The notes under the pieces were generated by a model. The model was not told the DNA's origin, made no database searches, and worked only from the letters and a program-made list of their open reading frames with translations. A program made the position numbers and the translations under genes. DNA of 60,936 bases, counting the filler, from Nemertoderma westbladi (taxonomy: Eukaryota; Animalia; Xenacoelomorpha), in assembly GCA_032718475.1 (NCBI GenBank). It is 3 parts of 3 records of this genome, joined end to end, with 100 filler letters (N's around TTAATTAATTAA, not from the genome) between each part and the next. Parts side by side here need not be neighbours in the genome. Positions count along the whole stretch, not along the records: positions 1 to 24,818 come from JAUCBJ010003785.1; positions 24,919 to 49,704 come from JAUCBJ010008003.1; 1 more part is not named here. One strand, written 5' to 3'. Positions 13,715-26,037 of this stretch are shown here, in pieces (within the stretch, counting starts at the first letter, position 1; each line of letters begins with the position of its first letter).

Positions 13715-14765
13715 GCGAATTTAGTTCCAATGGATGCGAACTTAGTTCCAATGGATGCGAACTTAGTTCCAATGGATGCGAACTTAGTTCCAATGGAAGC
13801 GAATTTAGTTCCAATGGAAGCGAATTTAGTTCCAATGGAAGCGAATTTAGTTCCAATGGAAGCGAATTTAGTTCCAATGTTTCAGGTTTGGGGCGAGCCA
13901 CGTAGTTGGCGAAGAATCTGTTTAATGCCACTATTAGGTGGATGGGTAAATAATAATTGTAAATAACTAACCCAAACAACTCCCAACCTCCTAACCAAAA
14001 TAACCTTACAGCCTAATCCCAAGCAACGCCCAACCTCTTAACCCAAAAATTCAATTATTTAATCATTTAAAATGATATTCATAGTAAAAAAACAACGCCC
14101 AAGCTCTTAAATCAAATTACGCCCAACCTCCTAACCTAAACAACTGTTATTGTATTTGGTGTGCAAATGGCACAAAGTTCATGACTTGAGTATATACTAA
14201 CAATAAATACAGACTTAGTCAGTTAGTCAGTATCACTATCAGTATAGTCGTGATTAATAATATTTCAAAATGTGTAATTAACTTTTAATTCATTATTAAT
14301 ACTTCGTTTTTACAATTATTGTTGACCCTGACCCACCCCCAAATAGTGGCAATACGCAAAGGCTTCACCTTCTACGTGGATAGCTCCACGATTGAAACAT
14401 TGGAACTAAATTCGTTTGCAACGGAACTAAGTTCACATCCATTGGAACTAAATTCGCTTGCATTGGAACTAACAGACTAAGTTCGTATCTACTGGAACTA
14501 AATTCGCTTGCATTGGAACTAACAGACTAAGTTCGTATCTACTGAAACTAAATTCGCTTGCATTGGAACTAACAGACTAAGTTCGTATCTACTGAAACTA
14601 AATTCGCTTGCATTGGAACTAACAGAATAAGTTCGTATCTACTGGAACTAAATTCGCTTGCAATGGTACTAAGTTCGCTTTATAAAATTTACTTTGGAAC
14701 TAAATGCGTTTTAATTGAAACTAAGTTCGCCTTTGAAAATGTGCGATTGGAACTAAGTTCGTGCT
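13715..14765. mobile_element. Foldback-type element with arms built from 21-bp tandem units
   Basis: gaatttagttccaatggaagc repeats (13715-13880) recur inverted as attggaactaaattcgcttgc (14400-14765); lies in LSm8 intron 2. Confidence 0.75.
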
Positions 14766-14907
14766 ACCATACATTTATTGCAGTAAATATGTAGGCCATA
14801 CATTACTAATATTATAATATGTAGTACACTACACAGTCTATTATTTATATTAATAATGTATTTGTAATAATGTAATAATAATAATGTAATAATTTATTTA
14901 TTATGTA

Positions 14908-16265
14908 ACCAATTTGGACTAAAGGTCAACTAAAGCCTCTCCCCAAGAAAGGAGACCTCGGCATACCAACAAACTATCGTGGGATCTGTCTGCTTGTGGT
15001 AGCTGCCAAAATATACAATAAAATGATTCTATATAGGATTAGGCCTCGCATAGAGAAACTACTGCGTAAGAGCCAAAACGGATTTCGACCAAGTAGATCA
15101 ACAATAGCTCAGATACTTGCACTACGGAGACTGATTGAAGGAATTAAGTCAAAGAATCTCCCCGCTGTCATGACTTTTGTGGACTTCAAGAAGGCATTCG
15201 ACTCCATCCATAGAGGCAAAATGCTTGAAATCCTAAGAGCTTATGGAATACCAGAAGTAATTGTTGCTGGCATTGGATTGTTATATTGTGACACAGAAGC
15301 GCAGGTACTCTCACCAGATGGTGAAACTGAGTTTTTCTCAATCCTGGCTGGCGTACTGCAAGGTGACACATTAGCACCATTACTATTTGTAATTGTGCTG
15401 GATTACGCAATGAGGACGGCCACTAAGGGTGAAGACCTGGGATTCACACTTCAAGAACGCAGAAGTAGTAGATATCCGGCAACTACAGTCACAGACACCG
15501 ACTTGGCGGATGACATCGCCCTGCTCTCTAATACCCTAGCAGATGCACAGCTTCTACTAAATAAAGTGGAGAGGGCTGCTAAGGAGGTTGGATTGCATAT
15601 AAATGCTACAAAGACCGAATTCATGACCTTTAATGTTGATGGAAACTTGACAACCATTGATAATAATCAACTAAGGAAGGTCGATGACTTCCAGTACCTA
15701 GGATCATGGATAGAGAGTAGCAAAAAGGACATAGAAGTTAGGAAAGCAAAGGCTTGGGTAGCTCTATCAAAAATGGATACCATCTGGAAATCAGATCTCT
15801 CCAGGCACCTGAAGACTAAGTTCTTTCGAGCCACAGTGGAAAGTGTATTTTTATATGGGGGTGAGACCTGGACACTGACTAAATCACTTGAACAACGAAT
15901 TGATGGTTGCTACACAAGACTACTAAGGGCAGCCCTAAACATCAGCTGGAGACAACACATGACAAACGCCGAGCTTTATGGTACAATACCACCTGTATCA
16001 ACCACCCTCCGTGAACGCAGATTAAGATTCAGTGGGCACTGCTGGCGAAGTAAAGACGAGGTCATACCAGATCTACTTTTCTGGCAACCAACTCATGGAA
16101 AGCGTAGTCGTGGACGACCGGCCATAACATATATAGATCAACTTGAAAGGGATACTGAACTTAGGAGAAACGAAATTGCGACAACTATGGAGTTAATCGG
16201 GAAGCCTGGAAGGATCTCATTTCCACTGTCCGAGTTCGCTCGACCTAGGAGTAGTAGTAGTAAGT
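14908..16265 (+). mobile_element. 5'-truncated RTE-like LINE (reverse transcriptase) in LSm8 intron 2
   Basis: PKKGDL..NYRGI, QNGFR, FVDFKKAFDSI, GVLQGDTLAP, LADD (FADD expected), YLGS; apparent frameshift near the C-terminus; (TAG)n tail. Confidence 0.93.
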
Positions 16266-16654
16266 ACCACTACCAACACTAATAATGTATTAAAGTTCCA
16301 TTACTTATTGTATTGGCCCATGTGAAGAATACCAGACTTTCTACCGTTATATTTCACTTTGCAGTTACCCCCATATGAAGAATACCAGGTTTTCACCAAA
16401 AACACAGGTTAAAGAAGGGCTGAATTTAACCAAAACAATAAACGAATTAGTATATGTACAGGTTATAAGACAGAAATAAGCGCTATAAAACACTTAATAA
16501 AGATAAATTAAAAAAAATAAAAAATCTTCATATATAATATTCCAATAAAAAGTCGACCGAAAAGTGAAATCCTGGTATTCTTCACATGGGCGATTGTATT
16601 AGTAGGCCTACACCATGGACTGGAATATAAGGCCAAAAAAGTATAATGACACCC

Positions 16655-16685
<31 letters not shown>

Positions 16686-17173
16686 AACTTCGCCAAATCG
16701 CAGTGATATTTGTGATTAATTTATTTTTATTTTCTTACATTTTGTTACATCTGTAATAATTTAAAATCCAAATAGTTAGCATATGATGTAATTAATTATA
16801 AGTAAAGCGCAATATCTTTGCTTACAAGAACATATGTAATAATGTTATTATTTAAAAAAAAGTAGGTAAGGTAGTACATTTAATAACACGACACTAACAC
16901 GACATTTAATTTTTTCGCTTCTTGTTAATGGGGGGGGGGGGGGGGGGGGGGGGGCAACTCTCTCCTCGGGGCGCCACTACCTCTGGATACGCCAATGTTT
17001 ATACATCTTGATCTACCTACAAAATTACATAATATTGCACATTATTTTACTTTACATGTTACACATAATATTTATTCAAGAAAATATGGAACAAAAGTAT
17101 ACATTTTATCGACTACGTTCAACTTATTCTTTATTTACCGAACTTTGCTTATTGTTATTATGTTTGATTGCAG

Positions 17174-17264
17174 AGCTGTTGTTGGGGAACTGGACAGCTC
17201 TCTAGATAACACAATCGACCTGAAAAACATAAAAGCTGATCCGTTGAACCCCATAGTCCATTAA
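17174..17264 (+). CDS. LSM8: LSm8 coding exon 3
   Basis: ttgcag acceptor; AVVGELDSSLDNTIDLKNIKADPLNPIVH*; the three exons sum to 294 nt (97 aa plus stop), in frame. Confidence 0.93.
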
Positions 17265-17274
17265 AGATCCCGCT

Positions 17275-18939
17275 ATGACGAGTTGTTCCTCGTTGGAACC
17301 CACCCAGGACATGTGCTTCCTGGTGGACGACCTATCCGGCAGCGAGTCCCAAGGGGCCGACGAATGGGGCTGTCTCATCGTCCTACCCCGGTACAAGGTC
17401 AAGGGATTCCAACCACTGGGTCTCACTCGGGATTCCTATACCTTCGGGAGGGACCACAGCGGCTCAGTAGACTATTCCTTCGAAATGGCCGAGGCCGACA
17501 AACTATTCGTGGCCTACTCGAAACTCCACTTTAAACTCACCCGAGTCGTGAGCGGCACGAAAACCAAGGTTATAGTCGAAGACCACAGCAGCAATGGAAC
17601 CTTTATAAACGGAGACAAGATAGGCAAAGGGAAGACTCGCGAAATATTCAATAACTTCGAGATTTCTTTAGCGAAGGACGACAATAAAGTGTTTATGTAC
17701 CAAGATACTCGGGAGCAGACGCGCGCCGAGGCTGGGTTGCCGGCGGAAGTTGCGACCCGTTATACGTTGTGCAACAAACTGGGGGCCGGCGCCTGCGGGG
17801 AGGTCTTCCTGGCCTACTCGCGCCCGGACTGGGACCGGGAGTTCGCTATCAAAGTCGTACAGAAGCTAAAGTTCTCTATGGGGGGCACGGAGCGAGCCAA
17901 CCTGGCGGCGAGAGGGGTGCAGAGCGAGGTGGACATACTGAGGAGTCTGGAGCATCCTGGGGTGGTGCGCATACACGATGTGCATCAGAACGACGTAGCC
18001 TTCTACATCGTTCTAGAACACATGGCCGGAGGCGAGTTGTTCGATCGTATTGTCCGTAAGGAGAGACTCTGCGAGCCCTTAGCTCGGTTGTACTTCTACC
18101 AAATGGCTTTAGCGTTGGAATATCTCCATGATAAGTCGATAATACATCGGGATCTAAAGCCGGAAAACGTTCTGTTACTCGGCGAGGAGGATGAGACCGT
18201 AGTGAAACTCACCGACTTCGGATTGTCTCGGTTCGTCGGAGAGCAGAGTTTAATGAAGACTTTGTGCGGGACGCCGTCGTATCTGGCGCCGGAAGTCCTG
18301 CGGACTAACAGCGCGGGGAGCGCGGTCGTCGGTTACGATAAGCTCGTGGATTGTTGGAGCCTCGGGGTGATCCTGTACGCGATGCTCTCCGGCTATCCGC
18401 CGTTCTCGGAGGAGATCGAGGGTTTATCGCTGGTCGAGCAGATAACCCGAGGGGCGTATCAGTTCCACGCCGAGTCGTGGGGCGGCGTATCGCAGTCGGC
18501 GAAGGACCTCGTCAAGAAACTTATGACTGTGAACCCGAGACGACGGCTAACCGCCCAGAAGGCCGTCGCCCATCCGTGGAGTCGGGACGACGGGACCGTA
18601 GCCAGGGTTACCGAGCTGTGGGCTCGCGCCGCCATGCCGCCGCCCAGTCCCACGTCGTCGCCCTCCGGCGGGCGGAGTAAGAAGCGTCAGGCTGTGGACA
18701 GTCCGGATCGCGGTAAGGCGGTTCCCGTTAAGCGGACGTCCCCGGACACCCCGCTGCTCGTGGCCGACAAGGTCGGCATGACCTCCTTCGGGAAGGACTT
18801 TACCAAACGGTTGGACTTCGGAGCCAATGGGGTCATCTGCGGCAACCGGCGAGCGCCACCAAGCGGCGGTAAGAAGAACCTTCCTCTACGCAGTTCGGCT
18901 CGCATCGGCAATAAGAGAAATATCAACATCGACGACTGA
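17275..18939 (+). CDS. CHEK2: Checkpoint kinase 2, intronless
   Basis: N-terminal TQ/SQ motifs, FHA domain (FGR, YSKLHF, DHSSNGTFING), Ser/Thr kinase (LGAGACGEV, HRDLKPEN, DFG, SLMKTLCGTPSYLAPE). Confidence 0.93.
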   Translation: MTSCSSLEPTQDMCFLVDDLSGSESQGADEWGCLIVLPRYKVKGFQPLGLTRDSYTFGRDHSGSVDYSFEMAEADKLFVAYSKLHFKLTRVVSGTKTKVIVEDHSSNGTFINGDKIGKGKTREIFNNFEISLAKDDNKVFMYQDTREQTRAEAGLPAEVATRYTLCNKLGAGACGEVFLAYSRPDWDREFAIKVVQKLKFSMGGTERANLAARGVQSEVDILRSLEHPGVVRIHDVHQNDVAFYIVLEHMAGGELFDRIVRKERLCEPLARLYFYQMALALEYLHDKSIIHRDLKPENVLLLGEEDETVVKLTDFGLSRFVGEQSLMKTLCGTPSYLAPEVLRTNSAGSAVVGYDKLVDCWSLGVILYAMLSGYPPFSEEIEGLSLVEQITRGAYQFHAESWGGVSQSAKDLVKKLMTVNPRRRLTAQKAVAHPWSRDDGTVARVTELWARAAMPPPSPTSSPSGGRSKKRQAVDSPDRGKAVPVKRTSPDTPLLVADKVGMTSFGKDFTKRLDFGANGVICGNRRAPPSGGKKNLPLRSSARIGNKRNINIDD

Positions 18940-19034
18940 TGGCGCGACATATTGATCCTAAGTCGTTCCTTTGGTTGCCATGAGATCTCTTAGTTATGCA
19001 ACGGGGTATGAATGCTTGGTATTATTGCCTTAAC

Positions 19035-19040
19035 AATAAA
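19035..19040 (+). terminator. Candidate polyadenylation signal downstream of CHK2
   Basis: AATAAA ~95 nt after the CHK2 stop. Confidence 0.5.
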
Positions 19041-19689
19041 GATTAAACTGCAATACCCTACTTTCCTAATATTTAAAGGATTAGTCGTCGATAGTTTAAT
19101 ATTTTATTTAGTAAATTTGATTTTAATAATTTCTCGACTGACTCCTTTCTGTGCGTTGGCGGCGCTAACTGGTCCCACTACGGTGACTAATAATCACTCT
19201 CTTGCGAACTCAGTATGTTTACGGTTTACCTCAACACATTCTCAACACATTTCAACATATATTATAGACATGGTGTATAACTTAGCCGATTATAGTTGAA
19301 TCGTATCCTGATATGGAACTCATAATTATGGGATAACGAGTCTGATAGATATAGACTACCACTAGATTGAATTAAGTAACATTGTGATATAGCGAGTTAG
19401 TAGAACTACTTACTGGCGGCGTTCGAGATATGCAAAGTAAATGTAACTGGATATTTTTAGTTTTAGTTTGGATATTTTGGGTCGGGATCTATAAGTTTAT
19501 ATAACTTGAAGAGTCGTTCTCTTAAATATCATTTTAATACGATTGTGTATTGAAATTGATTTAAACTATATAGTATAATAGAATCGATATATAGAAAAAG
19601 CAGTCTGATCTGATAACATTATGGGAATTACACTATGCGAAATCGAAATACCGAACCAAAATAATAAATCAATAGTAAACACTAAGGCA

Positions 19690-20215
19690 ACAACCAGTAG
19701 CTAACCTATTGAGTATCGTAAACACTAAGGCAACAACCAGTAGCTAACCTATTGAGTATGTCGCTTAAACGCTCATGTTATAAAACCTCCTAGCAACACC
19801 CGTAGTTACAACACCCACCCACTAGGCCGACATAGAGCTTCCTGATTCACACAACAACCAGTAGCTAACCTATTGAGTATGTCGCTTAAACGCTCATGTT
19901 ATAAAACCTCCTAGCAACACCCGTAGTTACAACACCCACCCACTAGGCCGACATAGAGCTTCCTGATTCACACAACAACCAGTAGCTAACCTATTGAGTA
20001 TGTCGCTTAAACGCTCATGTTATAAAACCTCCTAGCAACACCCGTAGTTACAACACCCACCCACTAGGCCGACATAGAGCTTCCTGATTCACACAACAAC
20101 CAGTAGCTAACCTATTGAGTATGTCGCTTAAACGCTCATGTTATAAAACCTCCTAGCAACACCCGTAGATACAACACCCACCCACTAGGCCGACATAGAG
20201 CTTCCTGATTCACCA
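19690..20215. repeat. 121-bp tandem repeat (~4 copies), possibly within a minus-strand LTR (19544-20256)
   Basis: tagctaacct recurs at 19741, 19862, 19983 and 20104; the enclosing segment has tgtgt/acaca termini and is preceded on the minus strand by gggagcgg. Confidence 0.85.
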
Positions 20216-20244
20216 TGGTTGACTTTATTAGTAAGAGTAAATAA

Positions 20245-20433
20245 GTAGTGAACACACCGCTCCCACTGAAACCTAATAATTCATATTGACTTAGTGCTGG
20301 TAGACGGGTAGTGAACACACCGCTCCCACTGAAACCTAATAATTCATATTGACTTAGTGCTGGTAGACGGGTAGTGAACACACCGCTCCCACTGAAACCT
20401 AATAATTCATATTGACTTAGTGCTGGTAGACGG
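20245..20433. repeat. 63-bp tandem repeat, 3 copies
   Basis: gtagtgaacacaccgctccc starts at 20245, 20308 and 20371. Confidence 0.95.
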
Positions 20434-21120
20434 GCCTTAGCGTTTATTCATTCTACACTTTGTTATCTATTAGATTATTTTAAGGAACGTTAATCTTATC
20501 AGACTGATAATTAATTACAACCATTGTTATTGTTACTTAAAGGTTATCATCACCGATCCAATACTTAATTAGTTAGTAATAATTATTGTGCTGCTGATAC
20601 TGTTACCTAGTTTGTAATCATTCAGTTTTATCGTTTATTTTTCTCTGTGGGTTTATTATATTGTGATGTAACTGTAGGAAATGTTTATAGTTTTAACTTG
20701 CGTTCTGTGCATCGTCCCGCAATTGCAAATAATGCGCAATTCGCACGGTAGACTAGACTATGACTCACATTGTAACTGTGCTACCTAGAACCTACCCATT
20801 ATGACGGTATCAACTCTAAAACAACTGTTTCCAGTTGAATCTTCCGTACGCACGTTTATTTTATTTTCAGATAATTTCAGATTAAGTTTGTATATATTTG
20901 TTACTATTAAATTCCAGCGGGTTATAAATCTGAAACAATGTTTTATTTATTTCTCATTCGGGCGATGCTATGTGCGATGGCCAACTCACAAACCCACATC
21001 CTTGTTTTCTAAACAATATTTTACAGAAAATTGTCCCTTTATCGATCCCTACAATCTATCAATCCATTTACAGCTTTATTTATAATTATAATATTATGTT
21101 ATTATATAATAATAACACCC

Positions 21121-22115
21121 CCGTACACAGCAAGCCAAAACACATTAAATGTAGGGAAAACCGCCGTACACAGCAAGCCAAAACACATTATGTAGGGAAA
21201 ACCGCCGTACACAGCAAGCCAAAACACAAATGTAGGGAAAACCGTCGTACACAGCAAGCCAAAACACTTTAAATGTAGGGAAAACCGTCGTACACAGCAA
21301 GCCAAAACACATTAAATGTAGGGAAAACCGTCGTACACAGCAAGCCAAAACACATTAAATGTAGGGAAAACCGTCGTACACAGCAAGCCAAAACACATTA
21401 TGTAGGGAAAACCGCCGTACACAGCAAGCCAAAACACATTAAATGTAGGGAAAACCGCCGTACACAGCAAGCCAAAACACATTATGTAGGGAAAACCGCC
21501 GTACACAGCAAGCCAAAACACATTAAATGTAGGGAAAACCGTCGTACACAGCAAGCCAAAACACATTAAATGTAGGGAAAACCGTCGTACACAGCAAGCC
21601 AAAACACATTATGTAGGGAAAACCGCCGTACACAGCAAGCCAAAACACATTAAATGTAGGGAAAACCGCCGTACACAGCAAGCCAAAACACATTATGTAG
21701 GGAAAACCGCCGTACACAGCAAGCCAAAACACATTAAATGTAGGGAAAACCGTCGTACACAGCAAGCCAAAACACTTTGAATGTAGGGAAAACCGTCGTA
21801 CACAGCAAGCCAAAACACATTAAATGTAGGGAAAACCGTCGTACACAGCAAGCCAAAACACATTAAATGTAGGGAAAACCGTCGTACACAGCAAGCCAAA
21901 ACACATTAAATGTAGGGAAAACCGTCGTACACAGCAAGCCAAAACACTTTATATGTAGGGAAAACCGTCGTACACAGCAAGCCAACACACTTTAAATGTA
22001 GGGAAAACCGTCGTACACAGCAATCCAAAACACTTTATATGTAGGGAAAACCGTCGTACACAGCAAGCCAAAACACTTTAAATGTAGGGAAAACCGTCGT
22101 ACACAGCAAGCCAAA
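21121..22115. repeat. 42-43-bp minisatellite (~23 copies)
   Basis: Unit gtacacagcaagccaaaacacattaaatgtagggaaaaccgtc, head to tail, no spacers. Confidence 0.97.
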
Positions 22116-22496
22116 AGGGGCCATCCATAAATGACGTCATGCTGGACAGGGGGGGGGTTGGTATTTCGTGATGATTTGTGACGAGGGGGAGGAGGGGTGT
22201 CCGCAATATCGTGACGTCACATTATAAGTTTCCGATAAAATTACTGTATATATATTAAATACATAATGTAGTATACACATTATGTATTAACGTGTTTACT
22301 ATTAAACTATTACCTCTTACAATGATAACCATTAAAATCTTACCTTACGACCTCTACTGCCCTTCCATAATTGGTAAAATTAGAGAGCGTGTTTGTAAAG
22401 AATGTCATCTTTTTGCATCTAAATTTATATTAAAATTCTTACATCCCTTCATGGTAGCGGTAGTTCCAAAACCCGTTTTGATTATCAATCCCCTGC

Positions 22497-22638
22497 GACT
22501 ACTACTAGGATCGGCATGCTGTATTGCAGCTGCATTTTTAAGAATGCTGTGCCGGCTTGTCGACAAAATTGCGCCGCCACAACTCCATATCACCCATGAC
22601 ATTTGCTAGATCATCCGCATCTTCAAGGCCAGTGTCCT
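22497..22638 (-). mobile_element. RTE-like LINE 3' terminal fragment
   Basis: Reverse complement of the 3' end at ~5860-6027, including the (TAG)n tail. Confidence 0.8.
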
Positions 22639-24818
22639 TAGGCCGACATAGAGCTTCCTGATTCACACAACAACCAGTAGCTAACCTATTGAGTATGTCG
22701 CTTAAACGCTCATGTTATAAAACCTCCTAGCAACACCCGTAGTTACAACACCCACCCACTAGGCCGACATAGAGCTTCCTGATTCACACAACAACCAGTA
22801 GCTAACCTATTGAGTATGTCGCTTAAACGCTCATGTTATAAAACCTCCTAGCAACACCCGTAGATACAACACCCACCCACTAGGCCGACATAGAGCTTCC
22901 TGATTCACCATGGTTGACTTTATTAGTAAGAGTAAATAAGTAGTGAACACACCGCTCCCACTGAAACCTAATAATTCATATTGACTTAGTGCTGGTAGAC
23001 GGGTAGTGAACACACCGCTCCCACTGAAACCTAATAATTCATATTGACTTAGTGCTGGTAGACGGGTAGTGAACACACCGCTCCCACTGAAACCTAATAA
23101 TTCATATTGACTTAGTGCTGGTAGACGGGCCTTAGCGTTTATTCATTCTACACTTTGTTATCTATTAGATTATTTTAAGGAACGTTAATCTTATCAGACT
23201 GATAATTAATTACAACCATTGTTATTGTTACTTAAAGGTTATCATCACCGATCCAATACTTAATTAGTTAGTAATAATTATTGTGCTGCTGATACTGTTA
23301 CCTAGTTTGTAATCATTCAGTTTTATCGTTTATTTTTCTCTGTGGGTTTATTATATTGTGATGTAACTGTAGGAAATGTTTATAGTTTTAACTTGCGTTC
23401 TGTGCATCGTCCCGCAATTGCAAATAATGCGCAATTCGCACGGTAGACTAGACTATGACTCACATTGTAACTGTGCTACCTAGAACCTACCCATTATGAC
23501 GGTATCAACTCTAAAACAACTGTTTCCAGTTGAATCTTCCGTACGCACGTTTATTTTATTTTCAGATAATTTCAGATTAAGTTTGTATATATTTGTTACT
23601 ATTAAATTCCAGCGGGTTATAAATCTGAAACAATGTTTTATTTATTTCTCATTCGGGCGATGCTATGTGCGATGGCCAACTCACAAACCCACATCCTTGT
23701 TTTCTAAACAATATTTTACAGAAAATTGTCCCTTTATCGATCCCTACAATCTATCAATCCATTTACAGCTTTATTTATAATTATAATATTATGTTATTAT
23801 ATAATAATAACACCCCCGTACACAGCAAGCCAAAACACATTAAATGTAGGGAAAACCGCCGTACACAGCAAGCCAAAACACATTATGTAGGGAAAACCGC
23901 CGTACACAGCAAGCCAAAACACAAATGTAGGGAAAACCGTCGTACACAGCAAGCCAAAACACTTTAAATGTAGGGAAAACCGTCGTACACAGCAAGCCAA
24001 AACACATTAAATGTAGGGAAAACCGTCGTACACAGCAAGCCAAAACACATTAAATGTAGGGAAAACCGTCGTACACAGCAAGCCAAAACACATTATGTAG
24101 GGAAAACCGCCGTACACAGCAAGCCAAAACACATTAAATGTAGGGAAAACCGCCGTACACAGCAAGCCAAAACACATTATGTAGGGAAAACCGCCGTACA
24201 CAGCAAGCCAAAACACATTAAATGTAGGGAAAACCGTCGTACACAGCAAGCCAAAACACATTAAATGTAGGGAAAACCGTCGTACACAGCAAGCCAAAAC
24301 ACATTATGTAGGGAAAACCGCCGTACACAGCAAGCCAAAACACATTAAATGTAGGGAAAACCGCCGTACACAGCAAGCCAAAACACATTATGTAGGGAAA
24401 ACCGCCGTACACAGCAAGCCAAAACACATTAAATGTAGGGAAAACCGTCGTACACAGCAAGCCAAAACACTTTGAATGTAGGGAAAACCGTCGTACACAG
24501 CAAGCCAAAACACATTAAATGTAGGGAAAACCGTCGTACACAGCAAGCCAAAACACATTAAATGTAGGGAAAACCGTCGTACACAGCAAGCCAAAACACA
24601 TTAAATGTAGGGAAAACCGTCGTACACAGCAAGCCAAAACACTTTATATGTAGGGAAAACCGTCGTACACAGCAAGCCAACACACTTTAAATGTAGGGAA
24701 AACCGTCGTACACAGCAATCCAAAACACTTTATATGTAGGGAAAACCGTCGTACACAGCAAGCCAAAACACTTTAAATGTAGGGAAAACCGTCGTACACA
24801 GCAAGCCAAAAGGGGCCA
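22639..24818 (+). repeat. Direct duplicate of 19944-22123 (offset 2695 bp)
   Basis: Identical ORF translations at +2695; irregular minisatellite variants reproduced in the same order; runs into the contig end. Confidence 0.95.
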
Positions 24819-24918
24819 NNNNNNNNNNNNNNNNNNNNNNNNNNNNNNNNNNNNNNNNNNNNTTAATTAATTAANNNNNNNNNNNNNNNNNNNNNNNNNN
24901 NNNNNNNNNNNNNNNNNN
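24819..24918. other. Artificial contig linker
   Basis: N-run containing TTAATTAATTAA (stops in all six frames). Confidence 0.97.
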
Positions 24919-25600
24919 CACACTACTTATAGCGATATTCAGTTAATCATAGATCTGGAGTTTCCTCTATATTCCGACCTGTTCTGATATGAGAGGAGGG
25001 GACTTCCAGAATATATCCAGACTTATTATCGTCCTCTTCCTTAGGCGAAGGTCTAAGGACGGAATCTAATAGTTTGGAAGGTTCGCCTTGGTACCCTAAC
25101 ATATTTGCCAGCTCTCTAACACGGTACTCTGTCTCCCTTGTAAGCTGATGTTTTGCACCCAGGGTCGACTTATACAACTCCATGGTTGTTATCATTACAA
25201 GCAAGACGTCTTTCATCATGGCGACCTCCAACTCCTTTGGAATATCGCAGTCATCCACACCAACCTTGTTTATCAATGTTTCTATGCTTTCTTTTCGATC
25301 TGGTTTCTCATTTCTGGCGCGCCTTATACTTTTGTATTCCTTTTTTGATAAACCCCTTTAAAACGAATAAAGTTTTAATGATTTATTAAGTAATTAAAAG
25401 AGGACTTGGACTTTGTATTAACAAATCTAGAAAATGAAGCGAAAAAATGAATGCTATAGAATAATTGTCCATCTAAACTCCTGATTTTTGACTGGCAAGC
25501 GAAAAGTAAATTCACCCTCCTCTATAAATTTCATTTTGAAAGTACCAATAATGGGAAAGGTGCAGGTTAAGTCACACTGGGTAGTAAGGCCAAGGCCTAC

Positions 25601-25660
25601 CTTGTGTAGTGGTTGCTTTGAATTCACATCTCTCTGGAGGTTGTGGGTTCGATCCCCATA
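25601..25660 (+). mobile_element. Degenerate tRNA-like/SINE head
   Basis: A box-like tgtgtagtggtt and B box gggttcgatccc at tRNA-like spacing; no cloverleaf. Confidence 0.45.
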
Positions 25661-26037
25661 TGTGAGCATGACCTACATATATATATTACAAAGTTTGAGA
25701 AAGAATGCCCCTAAATGAGGAAAATAAGCAAGATACAGAGCTAGAACCTCAATGCAATTATAGGCCTATCGTATGATATCATTGGAAATTCTGATAAATG
25801 AGCAGCTGTTCAATGTCTGAGTACTACATTATAGTTATACGTGTTAGAAAAAACATAAATATTACTGTAGTATTGTTAATCAGTGAAATCGAATGAATAA
25901 ATTTATCACATTTGGAGTAAACATCATATTTGATATTTGGGAAATATATATAGTTCTAAACAATCAATAAAATAAATAGGAATACTTACGATCCAGACCC
26001 ACGTCCTTCTCGAGCTGAAATAAAAATAAAACAGCTG

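Noticed and set aside
11626-18939. LSm8-CHK2 fusion protein by readthrough or exon-2 skipping
   Set aside because: The 10-nt gap is out of frame; skipping exon 2 enters the CHK2 frame but meets TAG at 17203-17205
21121-22115. CRISPR-like array
   Set aside because: Head-to-tail 42-43-bp units with no unique spacers, no cas genes, eukaryotic context
24863-24874. TTAATTAATTAA as a biological motif
   Set aside because: Centred in N-runs at both gaps; an assembly spacer
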